From Eledone cirrhosa (taxonomy: Eukaryota), in assembly GCA_964016885.1 (NCBI GenBank), contig OZ024746.1:23932001-23996000 (forward strand): DNA of 64,000 nt, written 5' to 3'. Shown here in pieces: positions 52,480 to 64,000 of the stretch; positions within the stretch are counted from its first letter, which is position 1; each line of letters begins with the position of its first letter. The position numbers were made by a program, and so were the translations under genes. The notes under the pieces were generated by a model. It was not told the DNA's origin, did no database searches, and worked only from the letters and a program-made list of their open reading frames with translations.

Positions 52480-55400
52480 TACATATACAAACACGTCTAT
52501 CTATCTACACGCACATATTATTTTAGTAATATAAGTAAAATATAACAAATGAATTTGAAAAATATGTATATCCTTCTCTATATACAAATGTGTGTATACC
52601 TAGTTCTCGCCGTTTATGTGAATGTGTCCTTGAGTATGTGTTGTTTCATGTGTAAGCTGTATGTGTGTGTGTATATGTAGGTGTTTATGTATGTGTGTCT
52701 CTCTGTGAATGTGTATGTCTGTGTGCATCTCTCTCTCTCATACATATCTGTGAGTTGTATGTCACAACATTCCTCCAGTTATTACCAACCCTAACCTCTG
52801 ACTATCTGTTACTGCACCAACATAAGTAATCTTTAAAGCGTTATTTTATTTTCTCTCTATTTCATCATCCAATCTGCTCTGAATCACAATTCATTTTTCA
52901 TCAAAGATTGCAAAAAGCTATTGTTGTTTAACCCTAGATTAGTCCAGATTGAGAAACATCTTAACCACCCCAACTCTTTTCTTCAGGTTTGTCCTAATCT
53001 ACCTAGGACTACATGACACAATGTAGTTTTCCTGTTGTTTAAAAAAAAAAATCATCGATATGCTGTGATTTGAGGGGAACTGAGAGACCTTCATATTACA
53101 GAATAGTGTCATGGGATCTCGGGAGGCCTATAAACCGATTAGAAGTCCGTATAAACTGACTAAAGTCCGTATATTCACAGTCAGATCCCATGTTGTTGTT
53201 CAGCTTCAGTGAACCCCTGATCGGGCACCCCTATGATAAGACACATTACAGGCAAATGGCATTCCATCTTTTTATGAATATCCAGGACTACATTATTGAA
53301 TGTGTTTTCAGTCCGTTTAAGATTGTAGAGTGTAAGTTGGGATTTATGAAAAGCCAATTTCATTTCGGCTCGATTTGAACTCATTGTCCCAAGTCACTAC
53401 TTAACTGAACAGTAGTCTTTGACTGGTAAACCCACACTGTATCCTCCTGTCAATGTTTTCTTAATGTGAGACCTATGTGGCTAATAAAGATAATTTATCA
53501 CCATCCGATTTGTTAGAAATAGCAGTCAAATCTCTCTCAAATCATACCTTAAAGAAGGGAAATGTATTATAAAAAGTAGCCCTGGTGACACAATACTCCA
53601 AAAGAAAATATTGGATGATCAGGGCTGATCTGGGGCTAAACAATACTAACAACACTAATAATAATAATTGTTTCTACTTTTGGCACAAGGCCAGCAATTT
53701 GAAGGGAAGGGGGAAAGTTGATCAACTTGATCCAAGTGCATTACTGGTGCTTTATGTTATCGACCTCGTAAGAATGAAAGGCAAAGCTAACCTCAGCGGG
53801 ATTTGAACTCAGAACGTAAACGACCGTAACTCTATGCCACAAAACGTTCGACGCTCTACCGAATAGTATAGTAGTAGTATATGAAGAGACCCTCATCACA
53901 ACAAACTCTTTGGATGCCAGCCTTGTCTGACGAGGAAGCTGGACCGCTGACAGAGTTTTTGTTATCGTTGACGGTTCGTCCTATCAGGTGATGTTCGCAA
54001 GAGTATCAGGTGATGCTCGCAAGAGTGCTTGACTGTTTCAACACCTCAGCCTTGCTGTTACCCATATCAATGCTGTTGGTGATTTGGGTTGCTTTAAAAT
54101 GTTTAGAAGGATACATCAGTGTAATTGGCGAGCAGCCGTGTATTTTCTTTTTCGTGTTTATTGTTATTGTCCATTTTTTCATTGCGTGTGTGTATAGATT
54201 TGAAGGTAGGCTGAAAAGTTCATAAGCTGACCAAGATATTCTCATGTAATCACTAAAGGAGGTTTATTTATCAATGTAGTCCCTGGAAACAAACAATGCA
54301 GTTATTGATAAGAACAGTTGAAATTAATGCATGCAAGATTTCACAGCTCTTGCATCATTCCTTCATAGTCAGCATATCAACTTTTCAGCCCACCCTTGTG
54401 TATGTGTGTATATATATATATAAGCAACGAAGGACAATAACAATAATATAAAAACGAAAAGGAAATGCACGCACGCTCGTCAATTACACTGGTGTAAATT
54501 TTAGTTTCCATTGCTAACATAAATGACCATTAATAAATATCGAAACATGAATATAACGAGGTTTAGGTAAAGTATTCTTTGGATTTAGTTCTCAGTGCGA
54601 CACTGAAGCCTCCAACCATTAATTACTCCGCCTCTTCTCTTTCTCCCGTACTCAAACATGTCTTTCTACTCCCACCTCTCTCCGTCATCTAATTGTGTCT
54701 ATCTACTCTCCCTCCTACTGCTCCTCTACCAACCTTTTACTATGTACGGCGCGGGAGGGCCACATCAGTAAAAACATGGATCCTCACCGAGGTGTTTTAG
54801 CCACTGGACTTGGCAAATCTTACTCGCCTTTTTCCAGGCCCCATTTTCATATGATGGCAGCAGCTCCTGCCAATTCTTCGAAAAGTTTAAAAGGCATTAT
54901 TGCAGGTTAGTCACTTCAAATGTTTATAAATTTATTGTCAACGACAACATTGTGTTGTTTCGTGTTTAACATAGCACCCACCACCGTCTTCTATATCATA
55001 AATAACAACATAGTTTAGTTTGTACGTAGCTTTTGGCTGTACATGTTATCTATATGAAGCTAATTTAAGCTTATTATATAACTTTTCCGCCCTTTTTTCT
55101 TTATTAATTCAATAATCCTTTACAGAACATGATAACATGGTCCATATATATATATATACGTATGCATACTTACATATATATACATATATGTATAATTTGC
55201 TTGTATTTATGGTGACTAACAGGGTGCATGTTAATTTGCTCTAGCGTGACATATATTTACTGAGAATACTCAACTATTAATGTTAATTAATTGAGCTATA
55301 TATATATATATATATTCACGCCCTAATATACATAGTATATATATATACACACACACATAGAATACATATACATATCGCAAATGAACGAATAATTTTCTTC

Positions 55401-55908
55401 CATTGAGTCGTTGTTTACCGTTTTCTTATACATATTTCATGTGATTTTTCCCACATGATCAAATAGTTGGCGTGTTATTCACTCGGCCCACTAGAAACAG
55501 CAGCTAAATCACCTTATCAAAATACACCCCACCTGATACATTGGATTATGTAGACCTAAAATCATGTTTGAAAAAAGAACAACAAATAATAGACAGGATG
55601 GTGATTGTTAGAACCCCTTTGACCAGAGATCATCTCGTTCAAGGCTGACCCGTGGTTAAACAGCATACAAAAACATGAGCTAGCCTCTCTCTACATAGTC
55701 ACTTGATCTTAATGTTTACATTAATTGAAGATGTAATAATACACGAAACTAGACTTAAAAAAAAGTATTGTTATTATTTTTACTATTCTATCTACTCGTG
55801 AAGAAATAACTTGACATTTTAAAATATTCCAAATTCATATATATCGGACGTAAAGCGGTGATGATGATAATTATATATATATATAATAAACAACATAAGA
55901 AAATTAAT

Positions 55909-55970
55909 TCATTTACCAATGGTTTCTTGAAGAGCTTGACACTTATGTCTGTCTTCATTCATCAGAATAA
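55909..55970 (-). ncRNA. Type-I hammerhead ribozyme in ~95-bp mini-element
   Basis: Minus strand: UUAUU-CUGAUGA-A-UGAAGA..UCUUCA-A-GAAA-CCAUUG-GUA-AAUGA. Intact core, GUA triplet, stems I/II/III all pair. Confidence 0.75.
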
Positions 55971-57508
55971 GTTTATTTATATATATATATAGCTGTCGAA
56001 ACGGCCGGAGCTCAGCCGTCGGGGTCCTGACTATTTTCCTATATATGACTACATATACAGTGCTTTCGAAATTTGTATAAATTGTCACACACACACACTT
56101 GCATTATAAATACAACAGAAGGTGCTTATAAATGACGGATAATGTTATCGCTTAATGTTATCATGTAATAATTATTGATATCGGATGAGCTTCGTCCCAA
56201 AGCGATGACAATAAGCGGCTTCCACTGTATTATGTTATATCAAGACAGTTGTGAGTTACATACATTAAGTAGTAGTTTATCTTATGTATTTATTCGAAGC
56301 TGAAGCTTCACTCTGTCGTTATTCTGTTTCAAATAGTACGTTTCTTCTTTTAAACGCATATATACACATACTGACACAAGAACGTGAATTATGAATGAAC
56401 GAGGAAGTCTTTAGTGGGTGATAAAAATAGCAACTAAATCACCTCATCGAATCACATCCTACTGGACACGTTGAATAATATAGACCTAAAAGCATGTTTG
56501 AAAAAAGACGGGATAGCCTCTGTTGGAATGCCTTTGATCAGAGATCAACTCGTTCAGGCCTGACCTGGGGCTAAACAACATAACATTGAACGAACATCTC
56601 TTTACATAGTCGCTTGGCATTTAAGAAAAAGCAACTAATCTATCTCAAATCACAGCATCCCGCCTTAACTAAGGAAAGAATATATTGGATGAAATTTTTT
56701 CATATCCTTAAAAAAAAACAGTTGGTCACGGCTGGAATGCCTCTATAATCTGAGGTAGATCCGACTTCTGGCTAAAACATCTACACTACAGAAGAAACAT
56801 GAACTCCGAGTGTTCGAAATAATACTTTAATGTGATTATAATTTGGATTATAATTTGGATTATAATAATATTAAGTAATGATCTCTTTAATGAATAATGA
56901 TAATAATGGTTTTTAATTTAGGCACAAGGCCAACAATATTTTGGAGGTAAGAGGGGAAGTCAATTAAATCGACCCCTGTGTGTCAGTGGTACTTTATTTT
57001 ATTTTATCGCCCCCATAAAGATGAAAGGTAAAGCTAACCTCGACAGGATTTTAACTCAGAATATCAAGGATCGCAACAAATACCATAAGGCATTTGGTCC
57101 GACGCTCTAATGATTCTACATATCCACTGGATGTTATATGATGTTTTTAATTAAGGTACGAGGCCATCTATTTTTTTTTTTGGTGGGGTGTGGAAATTGA
57201 TTTAAATTGACTGGTACTTTATTTTATCGACCCCGTAAGGATTAAAGGCAAAGTTAAACTCAGAGTGTAAAGTCTATTTGTCGGACGCTCGAACGATTCT
57301 GCCAACCCATTGCTCATTGTTAAGGGGTTATATAAAAAGTAGGAGGTGCAACGGATAGAGGGTGGGGGAAACGAGTTGATAGGTGACTGCTTAAAGTAAA
57401 TAAACACATGCACCCGTCTCTCTTTTTCTCCACATCCCAATCTATTTCTATGACTAAAACGTGTGTATATATTCATTTCAACTTGTGATAAACACTAGTT
57501 CTGCTATC

Positions 57509-57588
<80 letters not shown>

Positions 57589-58439
57589 CGTAATGGGCTT
57601 GTTTATTTCCAAGAAAATAAAGTGTTTTTTGTTTTGTTTTTTCTTAACCTAGATTGAAATTCTTATTTCTGTTGATATATAATAAACACACACACACACT
57701 ACACACACTACACACACTACACACACACACACCTGTATCAAAAAGAATCTGTCGTTATATCATAGATAGAAATATAAAAAGAGATGTTTAAGAAAAGAAA
57801 AGGATGACATAATGACACAACATATATTGTTATAACTGAAACATTTGTAAGCTTAGTAAATGATTTAAGAAATCTTTATTTGTTGTATATACACACTCAC
57901 GCGCGCGTTTAATGAGGAAAAGAAGAAAATAATAATTCAATGCATGTTTATACTACATATTTATTTGTTGTTGATTAGCCAGCCCTAAATCAGTTCTGAT
58001 CGAACATAACCCTCAGTACTTTCGACCCTTAAAGGAGAAATATTTCAAAGGTGAAAGCTGTATTTCTGCTGCTACTACTACTGCTTCTCCTACAACAGTA
58101 ACCACTAATCTACATAACACTGCCCCCGTCTACACACTCCATTCCTTGAGAAAACTGGTGGTAGCACATGTAGGCTGGTTGTGTCCATAGCAAATGCGTG
58201 GGCGGTTGTGGAGATGTTTATATATGTTGATTTCCGAGTTGTGTTCGGGGTTACTCAATACATTGGTAGAGTATAGGCATTACACACACACATACACACA
58301 CACACTTTACCATCCCCTTGTTTTGTATACTTAGTTTTCTTCGTAATTTATTAATATTAAATTTGTGAAATGATATATGTGTAGCATCTTCGGATGTACA
58401 CAAGGTGCATCTGGGAGCGGTGACTAATCTCAGTCTGAG

Positions 58440-59560
58440 GCTACAAGAGCAGTTAATGAGCTCAAATGCCGCTGGGGAAGATGAAATGCAGTCGGAGATG
58501 TTAAAAGAAGGTATTCTCTGGATGTCTCCTGTGTGATGGGTGGCCTGGATCTCCGGAAAGGTACCTAAGCAATGGCAATCGGAAGTGATAATCCCAATTT
58601 TCAAAAAGAAAGACAAAAGAGATTGTTCCAATTACAGAGGGATCTTGTTGTTAAGCCTCCCCGGTAACGTCTATGTTAAGTGTCTGGCAAAGAGATACAG
58701 AGAGATGTCGAGTCTAAGCTAGCCGAAGAACAATACGGTTTTCGCCCCGGACGCAGCACAGCCGACCAAATATTCACACTGTGGTAGAAATCGTGGGAGT
58801 ATTGCCATGAAGTATATTCTTGTTTTGTAGACCTCGAAAAGACAGGTCCCCGTTGCTCGGCACCTGCTGTGGAAGGTTTTGCAGGAGTATAGGATTGATG
58901 GTCAATTTCTTGCTGCCCTGATGTTTCTATAAGAATGGCCGAGTATTTGTGTTCGGATAAATGGTGCTAAATTGAAACCATTCAATGTGGGAGTCGGACT
59001 CCGCCAAGGGTGCATACTGTTTCCTCTCCTTTTTCATTATTTTCATGAACAGGATTGACATGCGTAGCCGGTTGGAAGTGGTATCGCGATTGGCGGGTGT
59101 AAAATGCAGACGACATGGTCTTAAACTCGACAGAAGATGATCTCCACTTGCACTTGATAGATTTGATTCCGAATGTTTCATGGCTGGAATGAAAATCAGT
59201 GCTGCGAAAACTGAGACACTCGTCCTTTCAAAGAAGCCTGCGCAGTGCACTCTTCATGTGAATGGAGTTTCACTGAAGCAAGTGGAGAAGTTCACGTGTC
59301 TCGGGGCCGTGCTCACGAGTGATAGAAGGCTGATTTAAGTCCAAAAGTTGCAGGAGCTGGTGCAGTAATGCGCCAGCTTCAGCATTCGGTAATCAGAAGA
59401 GGTGTAAAAGCCAAAGTCGCTATCTTCAGTTCGATATTCGTACCAACTCTTACCTATGGTCATGAATCTTGGGTAATGACCGAAAGAATACGATCGCGAA
59501 TACCAGCGGCCGAAATAAGTTTCCTCCGAAGGGTCTTTGGAGTAACGTTACTAAGAGGAG
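58440..59560 (+). mobile_element. Decayed RTE-like LINE RT fragment (different family)
   Basis: WISGKVPKQW...PIFKK.D..DCSNYRGI.LLSLPG, FVDLEK, GLRQG, PTLTYGHESWVMTERIRSRI; multiple frameshifts. Confidence 0.85.
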
Positions 59561-60757
59561 CAGACGATATATCACGTGATGACAGGAAACCAACATGTTT
59601 ATGTATTTAATGGTGTGGCTTAGCTGTAATTTCAATTATAGGTTATATGTTACACAAATAGAAGACAGATATTGCGAAAGGAACAACCCTCGTTCATTTT
59701 CCCCTAGCCAACGGGGGAGCCCCTGTGGCTGGTGACCCTGCTAGAAATAACTGCCGAACCTCCTTCTAATCACAATCTATCGCAGTGCTTCCATTTTTAT
59801 TTTTTTTTATTTTTTATGTATCACACTGGAAATTAAATAAATATAAAGATTTTTTGTCTCTCTTTCGTTTTTAAGTCTTTTAAGTACCACTGAAATTTGG
59901 CTATTTCCGGTAATTGTACATAATCGAGCAAATAACCATGACAATGAAACGTAACTGATTGATCTATATATGGGATTCCGAATGGTTTATATGATAATTA
60001 AAAGAAAATGGTTGTAATTGATATTAACGAATGTAAAATTAAATTAAATTATATTTGATAATTATATCCATGGAAGAAAATGGTAGCAATTGATTTTAAT
60101 GAATGTAAAATGTAATCTAGTTAATGCCTGTCATTTTTTTATGTATAGCAATCACTGGAGATTGCCGAGCTTCTGTGATACTCAACAGATACTTAAAACG
60201 AAAGAAAATTATTTCGTCACTTTGCGTGGGTGTTTCAGCAAAACTATTTATTAATCATACGTGTATATAACTTGGTTTACAAAACGTTGAAATATTAGCA
60301 TGGATTTTTCTAGAGCCTTAAATTATACTTTTTATAAATCCATGGCCCAGCTAGATACCTTTTGTGCTGATTCCCAAGTGAGAGACATGTAAATCAGGTC
60401 CTGTATTGGTAAGCTCCGTGGAAAGAGATAAAGAGAACGTCCCATGGTGAACTGGTGGCATACAATCGATGGGGACTTGAAACCCGACAACCTGACCTTG
60501 GTCGTTGGAGCACTTTGGTGCCTCATACGTCTCAAGACACGAGAGCTTCTAAGTCTTAGTAAGCTCATTTAGGTGTGTGTAAAGCTGGTAACAGGCCCAG
60601 GTTAAGAGTAAAATGTAGGCCCTATTTCTCAACTGTTTATAATGTATTTTGGTAATCAGTACAAAATACACGATTTATATATAGGTGATTAGTGTATAGA
60701 TATGGCTGTAGTTTATATATATATATATACATACACATGCACACACATACATACATA

Positions 60758-62245
60758 TTTGCTACAAAGGTAAAGGGGATGCTCTGGAGAGGAGAAATTA
60801 TAGAGGCATAAAACTGATGGATCAGGTTATGAAAGTGGCAGAAAGGATATTAGCGCAACTAATTAGAGAAAGGATCAAACTAGATGAGATGCAGTTTGGT
60901 TTTGTGTCTGGGAAAAGTACAACAGATGCCCTCTTCTTAATGAGACAACTACAAGAGAGATTCTTAGAGAAGAATAAGCCACTATACTTAGCTTTTGTTG
61001 ACCTAGAGAAGGCCTTTGATAGGGTACCCCGATCTGTCATCTGGTGGTCCCTAAGGAAACTAAGTGTTGAGGAATGGCTTATGAGGACAGTGCAAGCTTT
61101 GTACAGAGGTGCTGTCAGTAAAGTGAGACTAGGAATGGAGTTTAGTGAGGAATTCCAGATACAAGGAGTAGTACATCAAGGTTCAGTGCTCAGCTCGCTC
61201 TTGTTCATTATAGTCCTCCAAGCCATAACAGAGGAGTTTAAGACTGGCTGCCCATGGGAACTTCTCTATGCTGACGATCTGGTTCTTATAGTAGAATCAG
61301 TAGAGGAACTAGAGAATAAATTCTGGCTATGGAAACAGCAGTTGGAATTAAAAGGACTGAGAGTGAACCTAGCTAAGACAAAAGTGTTGATAAGTAGAAA
61401 AGAGGACAAAACTCTGATTCCATCAGGAAAATGGCCATGTTCGATATGCAGAAAAGGAACTGGCATAAATTCTATAAAATGTTCACAATGCAGATCTTGG
61501 GTACACGAGATGTAGTGGGATAGCAGGCAAACTAACAGGTAGGGAAAAATACGTATGCAGTAGATGTACAGGGAAATTAGACAGTAGAAGTCGCATTGAT
61601 AGACACATTTTTCAAATGCAGGTGGGTTCTATAGAAGTGGTTGATAGCTTCCGGTACCAAGGTGATCAGATTAGCATGGGAGGGGGTGTTCCGAGGCCAT
61701 AGTATCCAGAATGACGAGTTGGAAGAAGTTTAGGGAGCTGCTTCTTCTGCTGACAAAGAAGGGTTTCTCCCTGCGTACAAAAGGCCGGTTATATGATGCC
61801 TGTGTGAGGAGCGCGATGCTGCATGGTAGTGAGACATGGGCAGCAACTGCAGAGGATATGCGACGGCTGGAGAGAAATGAGCCAAGCATGCTCTGTTGGA
61901 TGTGCAATGTCAATGAGTGTGAATGACTCAGCATGGATGTGTCGAGAGAGAAACTGTTTAAGAGGGATAAGTTGCAGTGTGTGGGAGAGAAGACTGTGAT
62001 GGTATGGACATGTGATGCGCATGCAGGATGACCGCTGGGTAAAGAAGTGCCAGGAAATGCCAGTTGAAGGAAGACGCAGTAGAGGAAGACCAACATGGGC
62101 GGAGGTGGTGAGAGCAGACCTCAGATCGCTGAAGCTCACGGTGGAAATGACGAAGGGCCGTGACAAGTGGAGAGATGCTGTGCTGAATAGGACCCATCCC
62201 ACCTTTGCAAGCAGAGAAAAGCAGACGTAAAATGATGATGATGAT
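60758..62245 (+). mobile_element. RTE-clade LINE, 5'-truncated RT to 3' end with (GAT)n tail
   Basis: QFGF.SGKSTTDA, AFVDLEKAFDRV, HQGSVLS, LYADDL, Cys-rich insert, YDACVRSAMLHGSETW. Stops and frameshifts downstream of 61515. Confidence 0.92.
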
Positions 62246-63209
62246 GTATCCTGTTTTTTGGGGGGGATGGGCATCCAGCTTCAAAACAGTGCCTCAAAAT
62301 GGTGCATACAACCCATGTTACTGTGAAGAAGTTGAAGTAAAAATGATAAAATCATTATAATTTATTTTATGTTTGTTTTCCAGACAGGCTGGATGACATT
62401 GTTCTCCTCATATGCTCTGTTTTGGCATGATTTATATAGCTGGATGCTCTTCCTGCTGCCAACCACTTTACAGCATGTACTGGGGCATTTTATGGTGGCA
62501 CCAGCACTATCACTTTACAGTGTGGACTAAGTGCATCTTATTGTATCACCAATATTACCATTTTGCCGTCTGGTATATCATCATATCATCATCATTTTTA
62601 CATCTGTTTTTCTATGAATGCATGAGTTAGATATGTCTTTTCCAGCACAGCCTCCCTCCACATATTGTGTTCCTTAGTATATATGCTTATGTAATATATA
62701 TCAGCATCAACTGATGGTCAGAATTAAATGAGGAGCTTATATATATATATAGTAGCACTCACTCACACACTCATACACACACTCACTTTCACTCACACAC
62801 ACACTCACTTTCTCTCATACACACACTCACACTCTCACACGTGTGTGCACAAACATGTGTATGTAGTCAGAGATGCTGATGGAAGGACAGCTTCCATCAC
62901 TACTGTAGTTTGTCTATGATAAAAAACACATATTCAATGCTAGTTGTTGTTAACAGATAGGTAGAAGTGTGTAGTAGAGATCACAGTTGCTTTATTGTTA
63001 AAACCACAATGGTATGGTATAATAAAATGCCAGTGACCTTTGCTATAAATTCAACAGACATCAGAACCACACCATAACATTGTACAAAAATATGTTTACC
63101 ATAGTTAGTTACATAGCTTTATAATCCTCCCAAATAATATTAAAAGATTATATAGGGAAACGTTATAAAAGATTGATACTGTTTTAGTTGTTATTATTAT
63201 GGTAGTAAG

Positions 63210-63990
63210 GGCAGTGGATTGGCAGGTAGAGCGCCGAACTTGCTTTGCAGCATATAGTTAAGTCCCTTTACATTCTGAGTTCAAATCCTGTGGGGGTCAA
63301 TAAAATAAAGTACCAGTAATGCACTGGGGTTAATGTAATTGACTTCTGCTTCCCCAAAATTGTTGGCCTTGTCAGAAACCATTATTATTATGGTGGTGGA
63401 TTGGCAGTATCGGTAGAGGGTCGGACGCCATGCTTTCCAGCATAGTTACGTCCCTTTACGATCTGAGTTCAAATCCCGCCGAGGTTGACTTTGCCTTTCA
63501 TCCTTACGGGGTCGATAAAATAAAGTACCAGTAATGCACTGGGTAATTGCTGGCCTTGTGCCTAAAGTAGAAACCATTATTATTATGGCAGTCTATTGAC
63601 AGTATCAGTTTAGCATCAGACAAAATACTTTGCTGTATTTAGTTAAGACTTGCGATAATCTGAGTTCAAATTCCACGGGGGTCAATATAAAATACCAGTC
63701 ACATACTGGGGTTGATGTAATTGGCATTGTTGGCCTTGTACCTGAATTAAAAACCATTATTAGGATGATGGATTGCCAGTATCAGTAGAGCATTGGAGAA
63801 AATACTTTGCGGTATTTAGTTATGACTTTCTACATTCTGGGTTCAAATTTCTCCAACTGAGGTCAACTTTGCTTTTCATCCTTCCAGAGTAGATAAAATG
63901 AAGTACCAGTTAAGTGCTGGGGTGGGGATATAATCAACTTTACCCTTCCCCCAAAACTTGCTTGCCTTTTGCTAATTTAAAAAAAATTAT
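63210..63990 (+). mobile_element. Head-to-tail cluster of four Meta-like SINE copies
   Basis: Repeated ggattggcagt...gagttcaaat...aaagtaccagt...gaaaccattatt units starting near 63210, 63392, 63590 and 63765. Confidence 0.85.
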
Positions 63991-64000
63991 TTTTTTAGTG

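Noticed and set aside
63392-63490. tRNA gene candidates at SINE heads
   Set aside because: A/B boxes are present but continue into SINE core and tail with no full cloverleaf; they are SINEs, not tRNA genes.

Overview
AT-rich, microsatellite- and transposon-dense eukaryotic DNA. The repeat repertoire (tRNA-derived SINEs with Meta-like and Nin/Deu-like cores, RTE LINEs with (GAT)n tails, Penelope-like elements) suggests an octopod cephalopod; this is inference. Three spliced genes can be reconstructed by hand with GT-AG junctions and consistent phases. (1) The last three coding exons of an espin/forked-like actin-bundling gene (+, 11559-14397), absent from the ORF track. (2) A complete 5-exon MRPS18A/mL66 mitoribosomal gene (-, 28542-21405, 166 aa). 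Its last exon is present twice because of a near-identical ~3.3-kb tandem duplication with a 7-nt junction filler. (3) A complete 6-exon tektin-1 gene (-, 47487-34975, 402 aa). Mobile DNA includes a 5'-truncated/inverted Naiad-type Penelope-like element, RTE and CR1/L2 fragments, a Merlin-like MITE with 8-bp TSD, Tc1/mariner MITEs, a non-autonomous Helitron and many SINEs. The most striking unannotated signal is a set of roughly ten minimal type-I hammerhead-ribozyme motifs (a few with intact cores, most decayed) from several dissimilar small elements, mostly sitting in or beside (TA)n tracts. They include a 523-bp near-perfect palindrome with a hammerhead on each strand and a ~95-bp element that is little more than a hammerhead. 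Most ORFs in the supplied track are spurious low-complexity frames.
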